A stretch of DNA of 64,000 nucleotides from Candidatus Fervidifonticultor sextus (GTDB taxonomy: Bacteria > Sysuimicrobiota > Sysuimicrobiia > Sysuimicrobiales > Humicultoraceae): assembly GCA_031459875.1 (NCBI GenBank), contig JAVKHQ010000015.1, positions 1 through 64,000 of the forward strand, read 5' to 3'. Shown one piece after another: positions 37,811 through 47,422 of the stretch; position 1 is the stretch's first letter; every line of letters starts with the position of its first letter. The translations under genes were made by a program, and so were the position numbers. The notes beneath the pieces are model-generated. The model saw only the letters and a program-made list of their open reading frames with translations. It ran no database searches and was not told the origin of the DNA.

Positions 37811-39565
37811 TCAGCCGGCCGGCCGTTCGTTGACGATCCGGGCGCCGAAGAGTTCTCTGGCCCGCTCGATGAACGGACTGCCTTCTTCGATCCTGCCCCC
37901 GTCGGTCGCCGACCCCGGTGTGGCACCCTCCCCGGCGCTCGCCGGCGACGCCTCGCCGGACGTCGGTGGGGCTGTCTCGAACAGCTGGCACCGGAAGCGC
38001 AGCGGGCGCGCCAGGACCCGGGTGAGCGCCTGTTCGACGATTTCGCGGTTCTCGGGCCGGTTCAGGTTCTCCATGTGGAAGGTGTAGGCTGACCGCAGGC
38101 CGACCACCAGCGTGTCGCCAGCCACCTCCAGGGGGGTTCCGTCGATGAGCAGCGCGTGGCAGATCATCTTGGTGCGCTTGATGTCCTCCAGCACGCGCGC
38201 CCACTGCCGGCGGACCTCATCGATGGTCACCAGGCTCGAGGTGGGCTCCGCCGGTCCCTCCGGACGGCTCTCGGGGGCCCCGCGCAGGGCTGGTGTCCCC
38301 GGAGGATGCGCGGGGGCTGCGCGTGGGGGCGGGGTCCCCGGAGGACTCGCCGAGGTCGCCTGCGGGGCCGGACGCTCCGGTCTGCTTCCGGCCGCGGGGT
38401 GCGATGCCGGCGCCGGAGGCGCGGCGGCTTCGAGCCGGTCGAGTCGCGCCAGCACGCTCTCCAGAGTGGGATCCATCTCCGGCCGCGCCAGCCGGACCAG
38501 CGCCACCTCGAGGGCCAGCCGGGGCTGGGTGCTCCACCGGGCATCGCTGGAGGCGTCGCCGAGCATGCGCACCGCCCGGAGGAGATCGGCGACCGTCGCC
38601 TCTTCCACCTGGCCGGCCAGCCGCGTGTAATGGTCCCGAGGCGCGTCCAGGATCTCGGCGGCCAGCGGACCGCACGTCTTCACCAGCAGCAGGTCCCGGA
38701 AGTGCTCCACCAGCGCCCGCAGGACCTGCCGGATGTCCCTGCCGGCATCGGCGGCCTCCTGGGCCAGGCGCAGCGCCCCAGCCACATCGCGGCGCAGCAC
38801 CGCGTCGGCGAAGGCTGCGGTCACGTCCTCGGCCACCAGGCCCAGCACCTCCGTGACCAGTGTCCGGTCGATCGCCCCGCTGGCGTAGGCGCTCAATTGG
38901 TCCAGCATCGACTCCGCGTCGCGCACCGAGCCGTCGGCGCTGCGGGCGATCTGGGCCAGGGCCGCGTCGTCGACGGCAATGCCTTCCTGTTGGGCGATGG
39001 TGCGCAGCCGCGCGGCGATCTCGCGGAAGGAGACGCGCCGGAAGTCGAAGCGCTGGCACCGCGACAGGACCGTGGCGGGGATCCGGTGGGGCTCCGTGGT
39101 CACCAGCACGAAGACGGCGTGCGCGGGGGGCTCTTCCAGCGTCTTCAGCAGCGCGTTGAAGGCGCTGACCGAGAGCATGTGGACCTCGTCGATGATGTAG
39201 ACCTTGTACCGGCCCTCCGTCGGTGCCAGTACGATCTTCTCTTTCAGGTCGCGGACATCGTCGACGCTGGTATTGCTGGCCCCGTCGATCTCGATGACGT
39301 CCATGCTGGTCCCGCGCGCGATCGCCTGGCACTGGGGACAGGTGTTGTCCGGCGTCGGCGTGGGCCCGCTGGCGCAGTTGAGGGCCTTGGCCAGGATCCG
39401 GGCCGTCGTGGTCTTGCCGGTTCCCCGGTGGCCGGCGAAGAGGTAGGCGTGGGTGATCCGGCCGGCCTTGATGGCGTTCTGCAGGGTGCGCGTAATGCGC
39501 TCCTGCCCGATGATCTCCTCGAACGACTGCGGACGCCAGCGGCGGTAGACGGACATGTGCGACAC
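37811..39565 (-). CDS. dnaX: DNA polymerase III subunit gamma/tau
   Basis: YRRWRPQSF, GHRGTGKTT, IDEVHMLS..AFNALLKTLEEPP, SRC; Pro/Ala-rich linker. Confidence 0.96.
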   Translation of the reverse strand: MSHMSVYRRWRPQSFEEIIGQERITRTLQNAIKAGRITHAYLFAGHRGTGKTTTARILAKALNCASGPTPTPDNTCPQCQAIARGTSMDVIEIDGASNTSVDDVRDLKEKIVLAPTEGRYKVYIIDEVHMLSVSAFNALLKTLEEPPAHAVFVLVTTEPHRIPATVLSRCQRFDFRRVSFREIAARLRTIAQQEGIAVDDAALAQIARSADGSVRDAESMLDQLSAYASGAIDRTLVTEVLGLVAEDVTAAFADAVLRRDVAGALRLAQEAADAGRDIRQVLRALVEHFRDLLLVKTCGPLAAEILDAPRDHYTRLAGQVEEATVADLLRAVRMLGDASSDARWSTQPRLALEVALVRLARPEMDPTLESVLARLDRLEAAAPPAPASHPAAGSRPERPAPQATSASPPGTPPPRAAPAHPPGTPALRGAPESRPEGPAEPTSSLVTIDEVRRQWARVLEDIKRTKMICHALLIDGTPLEVAGDTLVVGLRSAYTFHMENLNRPENREIVEQALTRVLARPLRFRCQLFETAPPTSGEASPASAGEGATPGSATDGGRIEEGSPFIERARELFGARIVNERPAG

Positions 39566-39690
39566 GACGGACACCTCGGCCCATGGTACTTCGGCACCGC
39601 TGCACGCGCTCCTTGCGCCGGTCATCGCGCGTCGGTCAGTGCCAGGGGCAGAGGAAGCCACTCGGCCGCCGCCGAATCCCCGCATCCTTG

Positions 39691-40524
39691 ATGGTGTTCT
39701 CCGCAGTCTATCCCGTTCCCGAGTCCACAGTCGCGACGGCCGTGCTGCTGCTGATCGTGGGCACGGCCGGACTGTCCGTGTACCTGCTGGCCTATCGACC
39801 GACGGGCGGCCGCACGACGTGGGGGCTCAGCGAGATCGCCGCCGTCACGATCCTGTTCCTCGTGACGCTGCCGCTGGCGGCGCTGTTGGCCGGGATCGAC
39901 ATCCCCCTCAACCTGGCCGACCTGACCGTGGTCATGCTGGCGCAGAACGTCCTGCTGGTGGGGATGCCGGTCTACGTGGTGACGGTGCGGTACCGGCAGC
40001 CGCCAGAGGCGCTGGGTCTGCGGGCCGACGGATGGCCGCAGCACGCCCTCCTGGGTCTCGCGGCCGGTGCGGTCACGGCGCTGGTGGCCAGCAGCGGAGA
40101 GCAGGTGGTGGTCTACCTTTTCGGCCTTGTCGAAGGCGCGGAGCAGGCCGCCGCCCGCGCCGCCGCAGAGCACCTGACGGATCCGCTGCGCCCGCTCCTC
40201 TCGACCCTCACGGGGACCCCCTCGCTCGTCTGGCTGCTGGTTTTGCTCGCCGTGGTAGTCCCGATTGGGGAAGAGGTCTTCTTCCGGGGGTTCGTCTATG
40301 GAGGCCTCCGGGCGCGGTGGGGCATCACCGCAGCCGTGCTCGTCAGTGCCGGTTTCTTCGCCACCGTCCACCGGCAGCTCGTCCACGGGGTGTTGATCTT
40401 CCTGCTGGGCGTTGTCCTGGCGTTGCTCTACGAGCGCACGCGGAGCCTGGTGCCGGCGGTCGTGACCCACGCGCTGACCAATATCATGGCGGTGGTGTCG
40501 ATCTGGCGGGGGTGGGGGATCTAG
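39691..40524 (+). CDS. CPBP family intramembrane metalloprotease (CAAX/Abi-like)
   Basis: EEVFFRG, FATVH, HALTN; multiple TM helices; start uncertain. Confidence 0.85.
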   Translation: MVFSAVYPVPESTVATAVLLLIVGTAGLSVYLLAYRPTGGRTTWGLSEIAAVTILFLVTLPLAALLAGIDIPLNLADLTVVMLAQNVLLVGMPVYVVTVRYRQPPEALGLRADGWPQHALLGLAAGAVTALVASSGEQVVVYLFGLVEGAEQAAARAAAEHLTDPLRPLLSTLTGTPSLVWLLVLLAVVVPIGEEVFFRGFVYGGLRARWGITAAVLVSAGFFATVHRQLVHGVLIFLLGVVLALLYERTRSLVPAVVTHALTNIMAVVSIWRGWGI

Positions 40525-40570
40525 TCGCCCACCCCGTAACTATGGCAGGCGTGCTCGGGAGGCCCCCGGC

Positions 40571-41386
40571 CTACGCCTCGCTCTTTTTCCGGACTTCCAC
40601 CTGTCCGGCGACGCCCATCACGTGGAAGCCGCTGTCGGCGAAGATCGTGTTTCCCGTGACCACCCGTGAGAGGTTGCTGGCCAGGAAGACGGCCACGTCG
40701 GCGACCTCCTCCTGGGTGACGTTGCGCCGCAGCGGGGCGATCTCCTCGACCGCGTCCCGGAATCCCGACAGGCCGCGGACCGCGCTGGCCGCCAGGGTCC
40801 TTAGCGGCCCGGCCGAGATGGCGTTGACCCGGATGTTCTTCGGCCCCAGTTCGGCCGCCAGATAGCGCACCTCGCATTCCAGCGCGGCCTTGGCCACTGC
40901 CATCACGCTGTAGGAGGGGACCACCCGCTCCACGGCGTTGTAGGTCAGCGTCATGATGCTGCCGCCCCCGGCGGCCTCCAGCAGCGGTCGGGCGGCGGCG
41001 GCGCACCGGACGAGAGAGTAGGCGCTGATGTCCAGCGCCATGGCGTAGCCCCTGCGCGAGATCTCCGAGAACGGCCGGGAGAGGTCTTCACGGTCGGCGT
41101 AGGCCAGGCAGTGGACCAGGATGTCCAGGGCTCCCCAGCGCTGGCCCAGGCCCTCGAAGACAGCGGCGATCTCCTCGTCTGAGGTGACGTCGCACTTGAA
41201 GATGGGAAACGCCTCCGCCCCGCCGATCTCCCGCAGCAGTTCGACGAGGTTGTCCTTCAACCGCTCGTTCTGGTAGGTGAAGGCCAGAGACGCGCCCTCG
41301 CGGTGGAACGCCCGGGCGATCCCCCAGGCAATGCTGCGGTTGTTGGCGACCCCCATGATGAGGGCGCGTTTCCCCTCAAGGAGCAC
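40571..41386 (-). CDS. fabI: Enoyl-ACP reductase
   Basis: GVANNRSIAWGIA, DISAYSL, Y..M..AKAALE, VNAISAGP.RTLAA. Confidence 0.95.
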   Translation of the reverse strand: MLLEGKRALIMGVANNRSIAWGIARAFHREGASLAFTYQNERLKDNLVELLREIGGAEAFPIFKCDVTSDEEIAAVFEGLGQRWGALDILVHCLAYADREDLSRPFSEISRRGYAMALDISAYSLVRCAAAARPLLEAAGGGSIMTLTYNAVERVVPSYSVMAVAKAALECEVRYLAAELGPKNIRVNAISAGPLRTLAASAVRGLSGFRDAVEEIAPLRRNVTQEEVADVAVFLASNLSRVVTGNTIFADSGFHVMGVAGQVEVRKKSEA

Positions 41387-41476
41387 GATCCACCTCGCGG
41401 CGGGGCATAAGGCTCCCGGCCCCGACAGCCCGCTATCCGGGTTCGGGGCCGAAGCCCGGCCTCCTCCGTTGGCCCG

Positions 41477-42601
41477 TCAGTTCGTCCTCCGCACGGCGAG
41501 CCCGTGGGGGTCGCCGCCTCCTGAGGGGATCACCCCGAGCAGGCGCCGCGATGCGGTGCTCATGACCGCCAACCCGGGCGTGGACCCCCGCAGGGCGTGG
41601 GGGTCGCCGGTGACCGGTTCGCCGCGCAGCGTGAAGAAGGCCCGGCTGCCGTCGGGGGAGAAGACGACGAGGTCGGGTCGGTCGCCGGCGGGGACCTTCG
41701 CGATAAGCCGGTAGGTCCGCGCGTCGAGGATGGCGACCTCGTTGGACTGCCGCCCCACGATCCACACCTGGGTGCCGTCGGGGGTCTCCATCAGGCCGTG
41801 GCTGTCTTTGATCGGGAGCCGCTGATGGTGGAGCAGGGCATGGGTCGTGGCGTCGAAGACGTAGAACGTGTCGTTCTTGGCCTCGGGATTCCTGGGGTGA
41901 AATCCCACGTTGGTGTACATCCGCCGGCCGTCGGCCGCCAGCAGGGTGCCGCAGGCCTCGTAGCCCACGTCGGGGACGAGCACCCGGGCGGTCCCGGTCG
42001 TCAGGTCCAGGGCGGCGATGTTTCCCAGGATATTCCGGGCGGCGTCTCCGCCGTTGGTGACGTAGACGGTGCGGCCGTCGCGGGTGAACCAGGCGCAGAT
42101 GGGTCGGATGCCGCCTGAGGGAATCCGCCGCGCGGCGCGGAAGGTCTGACCCTCCACCATGATCTCCGACACATCGTGGCTGCCGATGTTGGTCACCAGC
42201 ACGCGCCGGCCGTCGGGGGAGGCCACCGCCATGTGCGCCGACGGTCCGGCCGGCACGCGGGCGACGACCCGGCGGGTGGCCGCCTCGATGACGAGCACGT
42301 TGGCGGTGTCGCGGGCCGCCCCCACGTTGGCGACGAGCGCGTACCGCCCGTCCGGCGTGAACAAGATCATGTGCGGCCGGCTGGAGGCGGGGATCCCGTC
42401 ATCATCAACCTGGAACTCGGCGAGCCTGGCCAGCGTCTGCCCGTCATAGACCAGGATCGTATCGGTGCCCTGGTTGGCCACCCACACCTCGTAGGCCGGC
42501 GCCTGCGAGGCCGCCCGGCCGGCGAGGCTGGCCACAAGCAGGCTGCCGCCCATGACGCTCCACAGCAAGAATCCCAATAACGGCCGATGCATCGTTGTCA
42601 C
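41477..42601 (-). CDS. Exported YncE/YVTN-type beta-propeller protein
   Basis: Signal peptide and repeated (T/S)PDG(R) blades; GTGA overlap with the ATP-grasp gene. Confidence 0.8.
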   Translation of the reverse strand: MTTMHRPLLGFLLWSVMGGSLLVASLAGRAASQAPAYEVWVANQGTDTILVYDGQTLARLAEFQVDDDGIPASSRPHMILFTPDGRYALVANVGAARDTANVLVIEAATRRVVARVPAGPSAHMAVASPDGRRVLVTNIGSHDVSEIMVEGQTFRAARRIPSGGIRPICAWFTRDGRTVYVTNGGDAARNILGNIAALDLTTGTARVLVPDVGYEACGTLLAADGRRMYTNVGFHPRNPEAKNDTFYVFDATTHALLHHQRLPIKDSHGLMETPDGTQVWIVGRQSNEVAILDARTYRLIAKVPAGDRPDLVVFSPDGSRAFFTLRGEPVTGDPHALRGSTPGLAVMSTASRRLLGVIPSGGGDPHGLAVRRTN

Positions 42602-43635
42602 CCCCTGACGCGGACAGATCGGCTTTCCTCGATCCTGTTGACCAGATAGTCCACAAATACCGGCACCGGGTCAAACCCGACGACCCGCGGCGCGTCGGTC
42701 ACGAAGTTCGACAGGACGTTGATGTCGTAGAAGTAGAGCCCCCCGTCGCGGGCGCTGATCAGGTACTCGACCCCGCCCACGTCGACCCGGGCCGCCTGCG
42801 CGATGCGCAGCACCGAGGCGACGATCTCCGGCGGTGGCGTGTAGCCTTCCACGCGCAGCGTCGTGCGAGGGAGGTCTGCCGGGCAGTAGTCCAGCGGCGC
42901 CGGGACGGGCGCCGGAGGTACTGCCTGCACGGTCGGTGCGGCCGCTTTTTGCCCCGGTGCGTCCACCGCGCAGATGTCGGCCGGGCACAGGTTGAATCCC
43001 GCGTCGGGGTTGGGGTAGACCTTGATGGCGTAGAGGAACCGGCCGTCGAGGACCTCGACGCGGACGATCGCGCCGCCGACCGGCGGATGGTATTCCTGCA
43101 CCAGCGCCGTGTGGTCGATGCCCAGATCGAGGCGGCCCCCGGCCACCGCGGCGTCGAGCTGGTCGGGGGTGTCGAACCGCCGGATCTTCGCGCCGCTGCC
43201 GCCGATGTTCGGCTTCACCAGCAGCGGAAAGGTCAGGAGTCGCGCCGCGTCCTGGATCCCGGCGGGGGTGTTCACCACGCGCGTGCGCGGGTAGAGGAGG
43301 CCCAGGCGGCCGAGCAGGCTGATCTGGCCCGCCTTGGACAGTTCGAGGCTGAAGGCCTCCGCGCCGTTTACCACTGGAATGCCCATCATTTCCAGGTGGC
43401 GCAGGTACGCCAGCGCGGCAAAGATGGCATGGCCGCCTCCGCGCAGGTAGGCCGAGGGGCTCATGCGGTTGAGGACCAGTGCGTACGGCGCCCCTCGCTG
43501 CGCGGGATCGAACTGCAGCGCGGTGGCGAGAATCCGCGCGTAAGGGATCCCCCGTCGCTCGAGCTCCCCAAACAGGGGTCGGAACCACTCCGGGTGTTCG
43601 TAGAGAATACCCAGGGTCGGTGTGGTGTGCTCCAT
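42598..43635 (-). CDS. ATP-grasp ligase (RimK/glutathione synthetase-like)
   Basis: YEHPEWFRPLF, NRMSPSAY, VKPNIGGSG, LVQEY, FNLCPADIC, YDIN.LSNF. Confidence 0.85.
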   Translation of the reverse strand: MEHTTPTLGILYEHPEWFRPLFGELERRGIPYARILATALQFDPAQRGAPYALVLNRMSPSAYLRGGGHAIFAALAYLRHLEMMGIPVVNGAEAFSLELSKAGQISLLGRLGLLYPRTRVVNTPAGIQDAARLLTFPLLVKPNIGGSGAKIRRFDTPDQLDAAVAGGRLDLGIDHTALVQEYHPPVGGAIVRVEVLDGRFLYAIKVYPNPDAGFNLCPADICAVDAPGQKAAAPTVQAVPPAPVPAPLDYCPADLPRTTLRVEGYTPPPEIVASVLRIAQAARVDVGGVEYLISARDGGLYFYDINVLSNFVTDAPRVVGFDPVPVFVDYLVNRIEESRSVRVRG

Positions 43636-43743
43636 TTGATCTGTCCCCCCAAAGCGCGGCGCAGGCGCCGCGGCCGGTCGCGAAACGGTTTCGGCTGTCA
43701 ACAGCAGGTGTCCGGCCCGCGCCGGACGGGAAGGCGAAGGCCG

Positions 43744-43830
43744 CTAGGCCTCCGCCCGGGGACAGATGCAGGTTCGCGGGCGCAGAGCAGACGGTGACGG
43801 AACCGTTCGGGTGGACGACCTGTCGTCCAT
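43744..43830 (-). CDS. Putative Cys-containing leader peptide (28 aa, near-leaderless uORF)
   Basis: MDDRSSTRTVPSPSALRPRTCICPRAEA*; ATG 9 nt after TATCAT; the Ile-Cys-Pro codons are complementary to the downstream RBS. Confidence 0.6.
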   Translation of the reverse strand: MDDRSSTRTVPSPSALRPRTCICPRAEA

Positions 43831-43839
43831 CTCGCCCGC

Positions 43840-43868
43840 ATGATACCACGGCACGGCGGCGGGCTCAA
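43840..43868 (-). promoter_or_regulatory. Sigma70-type promoter for the leader peptide / ATP-grasp operon
   Basis: TTGAGC-N17-TATCAT with extended TG. Confidence 0.7.
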
Positions 43869-43980
43869 TGCTGCGGCAGGAAGCGCCCGGCCGCGCGGGA
43901 GGATACCCGTCGGGGAGCACGCCGGGCCCCGGCCTGCGCGACGAGGGAATTGCGCCCCCGGCCGGGGAACTGACGGGACT

Positions 43981-45048
43981 GTGGATCGCCTCTGGTCGCG
44001 TCTGGCCCTGGGGGCCGCCGGCGTGCTGGCGGCGCTGTGGATCCTGCAGCGGTTCAGCACGCTGGCCGTCATGGCCGTCATCGTGGGCATCGTTACCTTC
44101 CCGATCTACCCCGTGGTGGACTGGCTCGAGCAGCGGGCGCGCCTCTCGCGCGGTGTCGCCGCCGGCCTCACGCTGGTGGTCCTGATGGCGATCCTGGGGC
44201 TGGGCGTCGTCGGCGTCTTCCCCTGGGCCATGGGGCAGGTGCGGATCCTCCTGGACCTCACGCCCCGCGGGATCAGGGCGGTGGCGGAGGTCCTGAGCGC
44301 GTGGCAGGCCCGGGTGGACGAGCCGACCTTTCCCGGGCTGCTGCGGGCCGCGTGGGAGCGGGCGGGCGAGGCCGCTGTCACCGCCGCCAACAGCGTGGTC
44401 ACCCGCACCGTCAACTTGGCTGTCAGGAGTATCGGGCAGCTCTACCTGCTGTTGCTGCTGCCGTTCGTCATCTACTTCGTCCTGCTCGACTACCGCTCGG
44501 TGCGGGAGACGATCCTGTCCCTCGTGCGCGAGCCACACCGGACCCGCATCGCGGACCTGCTGGGAACCCTCACGACCACCCTGCGCTGGGGGCTGTGGGC
44601 GCAGGTCGTCGTCAGTACCATCGTGGGCGTTATGACGGCCCTGGGCCTGGCCATCGTCGGCGTGCCCGGGGCGTGGGCGATCGGCATCTTCAGCGGGATC
44701 GCGGAGGCGATTCCGTATGTCGGCGGATTTGCCACCTACGGTGTGGCCCTGGTGGCCGCCGTGCCCAGGGGCGGGTCCGAGTGGGTCTGGGCGATGCTGG
44801 TGGTCACGGTCGTGAAGGTGGCCGTCAACGTGATGGTGCCGTGGATCCTGGGGCGCTTCACCCGTACACACCCGCTGGCCATCATCATGGCGCTGCTGGT
44901 GCTGGCCCAGCTTTTCGGCGTCATCGGGATGTTCTTCGCGGTACCGGTGGTGGTGGTGGTGCGGGAGGTCTTCGCCTGGTGGCGCCAGACCGCCGGTGTG
45001 CAGATGCTTCAGCCCGAGGGCGCGGTGGCGGGCAAGGCCCCCGTGTGA
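43981..45048 (+). CDS. AI-2E family transporter (PerM-like)
   Basis: PVVDWLE, IYFVLLD, EAIPYVG, P.ILGR...HPL, FGVIGMFFAVP. Confidence 0.85.
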   Translation: MDRLWSRLALGAAGVLAALWILQRFSTLAVMAVIVGIVTFPIYPVVDWLEQRARLSRGVAAGLTLVVLMAILGLGVVGVFPWAMGQVRILLDLTPRGIRAVAEVLSAWQARVDEPTFPGLLRAAWERAGEAAVTAANSVVTRTVNLAVRSIGQLYLLLLLPFVIYFVLLDYRSVRETILSLVREPHRTRIADLLGTLTTTLRWGLWAQVVVSTIVGVMTALGLAIVGVPGAWAIGIFSGIAEAIPYVGGFATYGVALVAAVPRGGSEWVWAMLVVTVVKVAVNVMVPWILGRFTRTHPLAIIMALLVLAQLFGVIGMFFAVPVVVVVREVFAWWRQTAGVQMLQPEGAVAGKAPV

Positions 45049-45110
45049 GCGGGCGGGTGCTGGCGCTGGGGCCATGGTATACTGTCTGCCGGTACGACCG
45101 CCTCGGTCGT

Positions 45111-45186
45111 GGGCCCTTAGCTCAGCAGGCAGAGCGGCGGGCTTTTAACCCGCGCGTCGGGGGTTCGAGTCCCTCAGGGCCCACCA
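45111..45186 (+). tRNA. tRNA-Lys (UUU)
   Basis: GGGCCCT/AGGGCCC acceptor stem, anticodon arm GCGGG-CTTTTAA-CCCGC, GGTTCGAGTCC T arm, encoded CCA; upstream TG-N-TATACT at 45075-45083. Confidence 0.97.
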
Positions 45187-45281
45187 GATCGCTTTTTGCC
45201 CGACCAGCATTTCACGGCACGCCTACCAGCACCGCGAGGAGTTCGAGCTGACGCTGCACGCCTACCGGAGCCTGCGGGGTC

Positions 45282-46532
45282 TCATCCTGAGCGTGGCGCA
45301 CCTCTCGCTCCACCGGCGACCGGGCCGTTTGCCGCGCTCACCGGTTCCCCCGCCGGTGCGGGAACCGGTCGTGCCAGCGACAGCGTCAGCAGGCTCCCCG
45401 GCAGCGGGAGGAGGCTCACCACGATCAGGACGGGGATGATCCCGAACGCCTGCGCCAGCGCGCTCACCGGCCCCACCAGCAGGCCGCCAATGCCCAGGCT
45501 CACCCCCAGCATCAGGCCCGCAGCCAGGCTCGCATGGGCGGGGAGCAGACTCTGCGCCTCCACCGTCACCAGCGACGACGATCCCAGCAGGGCGGCTCCC
45601 CCGAGGGCGAGCAGGATGATCGTCGCCGGCCCCCTGGAGGTGATCGCGGCGAGAAAGAGCGGGGCGGCCAGGGCGAACGAGACGAACAGCACCCGACGCC
45701 GGCCGAGGCGGTCCGAGAGATACCCGGCCACCATTCCGCCGACCGCGCCCGAGAAGATCATCGCGCCGATCGCTGCGGCGCCCTCCGTCGCCGGTGCGCC
45801 GCGGGCGCGATAGAGAAACGGCAGCAAGGCCAGCATGCTGTGCATCAGGGTGGCGCGGGACACGATCAGGCCCATCAGCCTGGCCAGCCCGCCGAGGTTC
45901 TCGCGCAGGGCCTCCCGCAGGTTCGCGGACGCGCCCGGGCGGTGAGGTACCCGCCAGTGCCACGGGACGACGCGGACGAGCGCGACCGACATGAGCAGGG
46001 CCGGGGTGGCGGTCACCGCGACCCACGGGAGTCCGGCGCGCACCGCCACGTAGGCGGCCAGCAGGGGGCTGAGGGCCTGGCCGGCCTGGCCGGCCATGAT
46101 GTAGGTCGACATAAGGGTCCCCTTGCGGGCTCCGGACAACTGGTGGACCAACCCTGCAGACTGCGGGTGGAAGGCGGCGATCCCGACGCCGTGCAGGACC
46201 GTGACCAGCACCAGCCAGAGATACGATGGGGCCACCCCGAGCAGGGACGACCCCAGCGCCGCACCTGCCAGCCCCATCGCAGCCACCCCGCGCAGCCGGG
46301 TGTGGTCGGCCACATACCCGAACACGGGCTGGAGCAGGGACCCGGTGAGGGTGGCGATCGAGATGAGCAGGCCCGCCTGGCCGAGGCGCAGTCCGTGGGC
46401 ATCGGCCAGCAGCGGCAGGAGTGCGGGGAGGAAGTTGTTGTACAGGTCGTTGGTGAAGTGCGCGGCCATCAGCCAGGCCAGCGTGCCTGACGCCGAAGCC
46501 ACCGGCCGGTGCTCCTGCAACGGGTCCTTCAC
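45282..46532 (-). CDS. MFS transporter (Fsr/fosmidomycin-resistance-like)
   Basis: HFTNDLY, QPVFGY.AD, AAFHP, GYLSDRLGRR. Confidence 0.88.
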   Translation of the reverse strand: MKDPLQEHRPVASASGTLAWLMAAHFTNDLYNNFLPALLPLLADAHGLRLGQAGLLISIATLTGSLLQPVFGYVADHTRLRGVAAMGLAGAALGSSLLGVAPSYLWLVLVTVLHGVGIAAFHPQSAGLVHQLSGARKGTLMSTYIMAGQAGQALSPLLAAYVAVRAGLPWVAVTATPALLMSVALVRVVPWHWRVPHRPGASANLREALRENLGGLARLMGLIVSRATLMHSMLALLPFLYRARGAPATEGAAAIGAMIFSGAVGGMVAGYLSDRLGRRRVLFVSFALAAPLFLAAITSRGPATIILLALGGAALLGSSSLVTVEAQSLLPAHASLAAGLMLGVSLGIGGLLVGPVSALAQAFGIIPVLIVVSLLPLPGSLLTLSLARPVPAPAGEPVSAANGPVAGGARGAPRSG

Positions 46533-46535
46533 GGG

Positions 46536-47105
46536 CTATTTCTTGAGCTTCGAGATCTTCGACCCTTCCAGCGACAGGTTGTACATCAGGCCCCTCTGCC
46601 CCACCACGAATCCCACGATGGGCTTGTTGAGCTTCGTCGTGTCGATGGAGCCCTCGGCACCCACGTCGATGAGCACCACCGAGCCGTCGACCCCGATCTT
46701 CCACCCCTCGCTGGCCTGAAACTTCCTGAGGGCGTCCTCCTGCAGGAAGACGAGGATGATGTCCTTCTTCTGGGCGCCCAGCTGGAACCCGATGGAGGCC
46801 GATGCGATGCTGTAGTAGGCGACCGTCCTCCCGCCGATGCGCAACGCCCCTTCGCCGTACTCGCCTCCGATGCCGATGCCGGCCTGGATGACCCCGGGGA
46901 ACACGAGCACCCCTCTGGCCATCCGGAGGACATCTCCAGATCCCTTGACCTGCTTCACCAGGCGGTCCAGGGCGGCGTTCACGCTGGCGTCGATCTCCTG
47001 CGCGGTCCTGGCCTGGGAGGCGTCCGGCAGCGTCAGGCCGCCAGCCAGGAAGAGACAGAGCGCCCAGAGCATGCCTCTGTGCCCGTGCCGTGCGTGCATC
47101 GTCAT
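46536..47105 (-). CDS. YSC84/SYLF-like exported protein
   Basis: Signal peptide, GVLVFP..GIGGEYGEG, SIGFQLGAQ, GLMYNLSLEGSKI. Confidence 0.85.
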   Translation of the reverse strand: MTMHARHGHRGMLWALCLFLAGGLTLPDASQARTAQEIDASVNAALDRLVKQVKGSGDVLRMARGVLVFPGVIQAGIGIGGEYGEGALRIGGRTVAYYSIASASIGFQLGAQKKDIILVFLQEDALRKFQASEGWKIGVDGSVVLIDVGAEGSIDTTKLNKPIVGFVVGQRGLMYNLSLEGSKISKLKK

Positions 47106-47235
47106 TCCCCCCCCTCAGGGACGATCTGCGCCGGAAACATCGGACAGACGCACGCTCCCATCATACTCTGTTTTCACCCTCCACCCCACCCCATCCCTGT
47201 GTGTGTTTTCCTCCGCGCCATCAGACGCCTAGGAG

Positions 47236-47251
47236 GAGTCGGACCTGGGCA
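47236..47251 (+). repeat. 16-bp promoter-region motif, copy 1 (GAGTCGGACCTGGGCA)
   Basis: Exact reverse complement occurs at 50507-50522. Confidence 0.6.
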
Positions 47252-47274
47252 TATCAAACTTGAAAAACACACTG

Positions 47275-47358
47275 CCCGCGATAAAGGCACCCCGCCCGCG
47301 AGGGCGGTTCGCAAAGCCACGGGGCTGGGCGATCCAGCCAGCCGGGTTGCCGAACGGG
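47275..47358 (+). ncRNA. Cyclic di-GMP-I (GEMM) riboswitch
   Basis: AAAGGC..CCGCCC-GCGA-GGGCGG..CGCAAAGCC.CGG..P3..AGCCGGGTTGCCGA, P1 CCCG/CGGG; G at the Vc2 G20-equivalent position. Confidence 0.88.
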
Positions 47359-47367
47359 GAGGTCACG

Positions 47368-47397
47368 GACGCCTCCCGGTCGAGGCGTTTTTTCTTT
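47368..47397 (+). terminator. Intrinsic terminator of the riboswitch expression platform
   Basis: GACGCCTC-CCGGTC-GAGGCGTT followed by TTTTCTTT. Confidence 0.85.
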
Positions 47398-47422
47398 CGC
47401 GGGACTCCGGGGGCGCTCCGCG

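Noticed and set aside
37811..39690. dnaX programmed frameshift site and SRP RNA upstream of dnaX
   Set aside because: No A-rich slippery run seen in dnaX; the short upstream region shows no SRP consensus loop.
45187..45281. Genomic island integrated at tRNA-Lys (short coding-like remnant follows the tRNA)
   Set aside because: No integrase and no duplicated tRNA 3' end noticed downstream in the window.
47275..47358. c-GAMP (GEMM-Ib) specificity
   Set aside because: The position equivalent to Vc2 nucleotide 20 is G, not A; not excluded without a binding assay.
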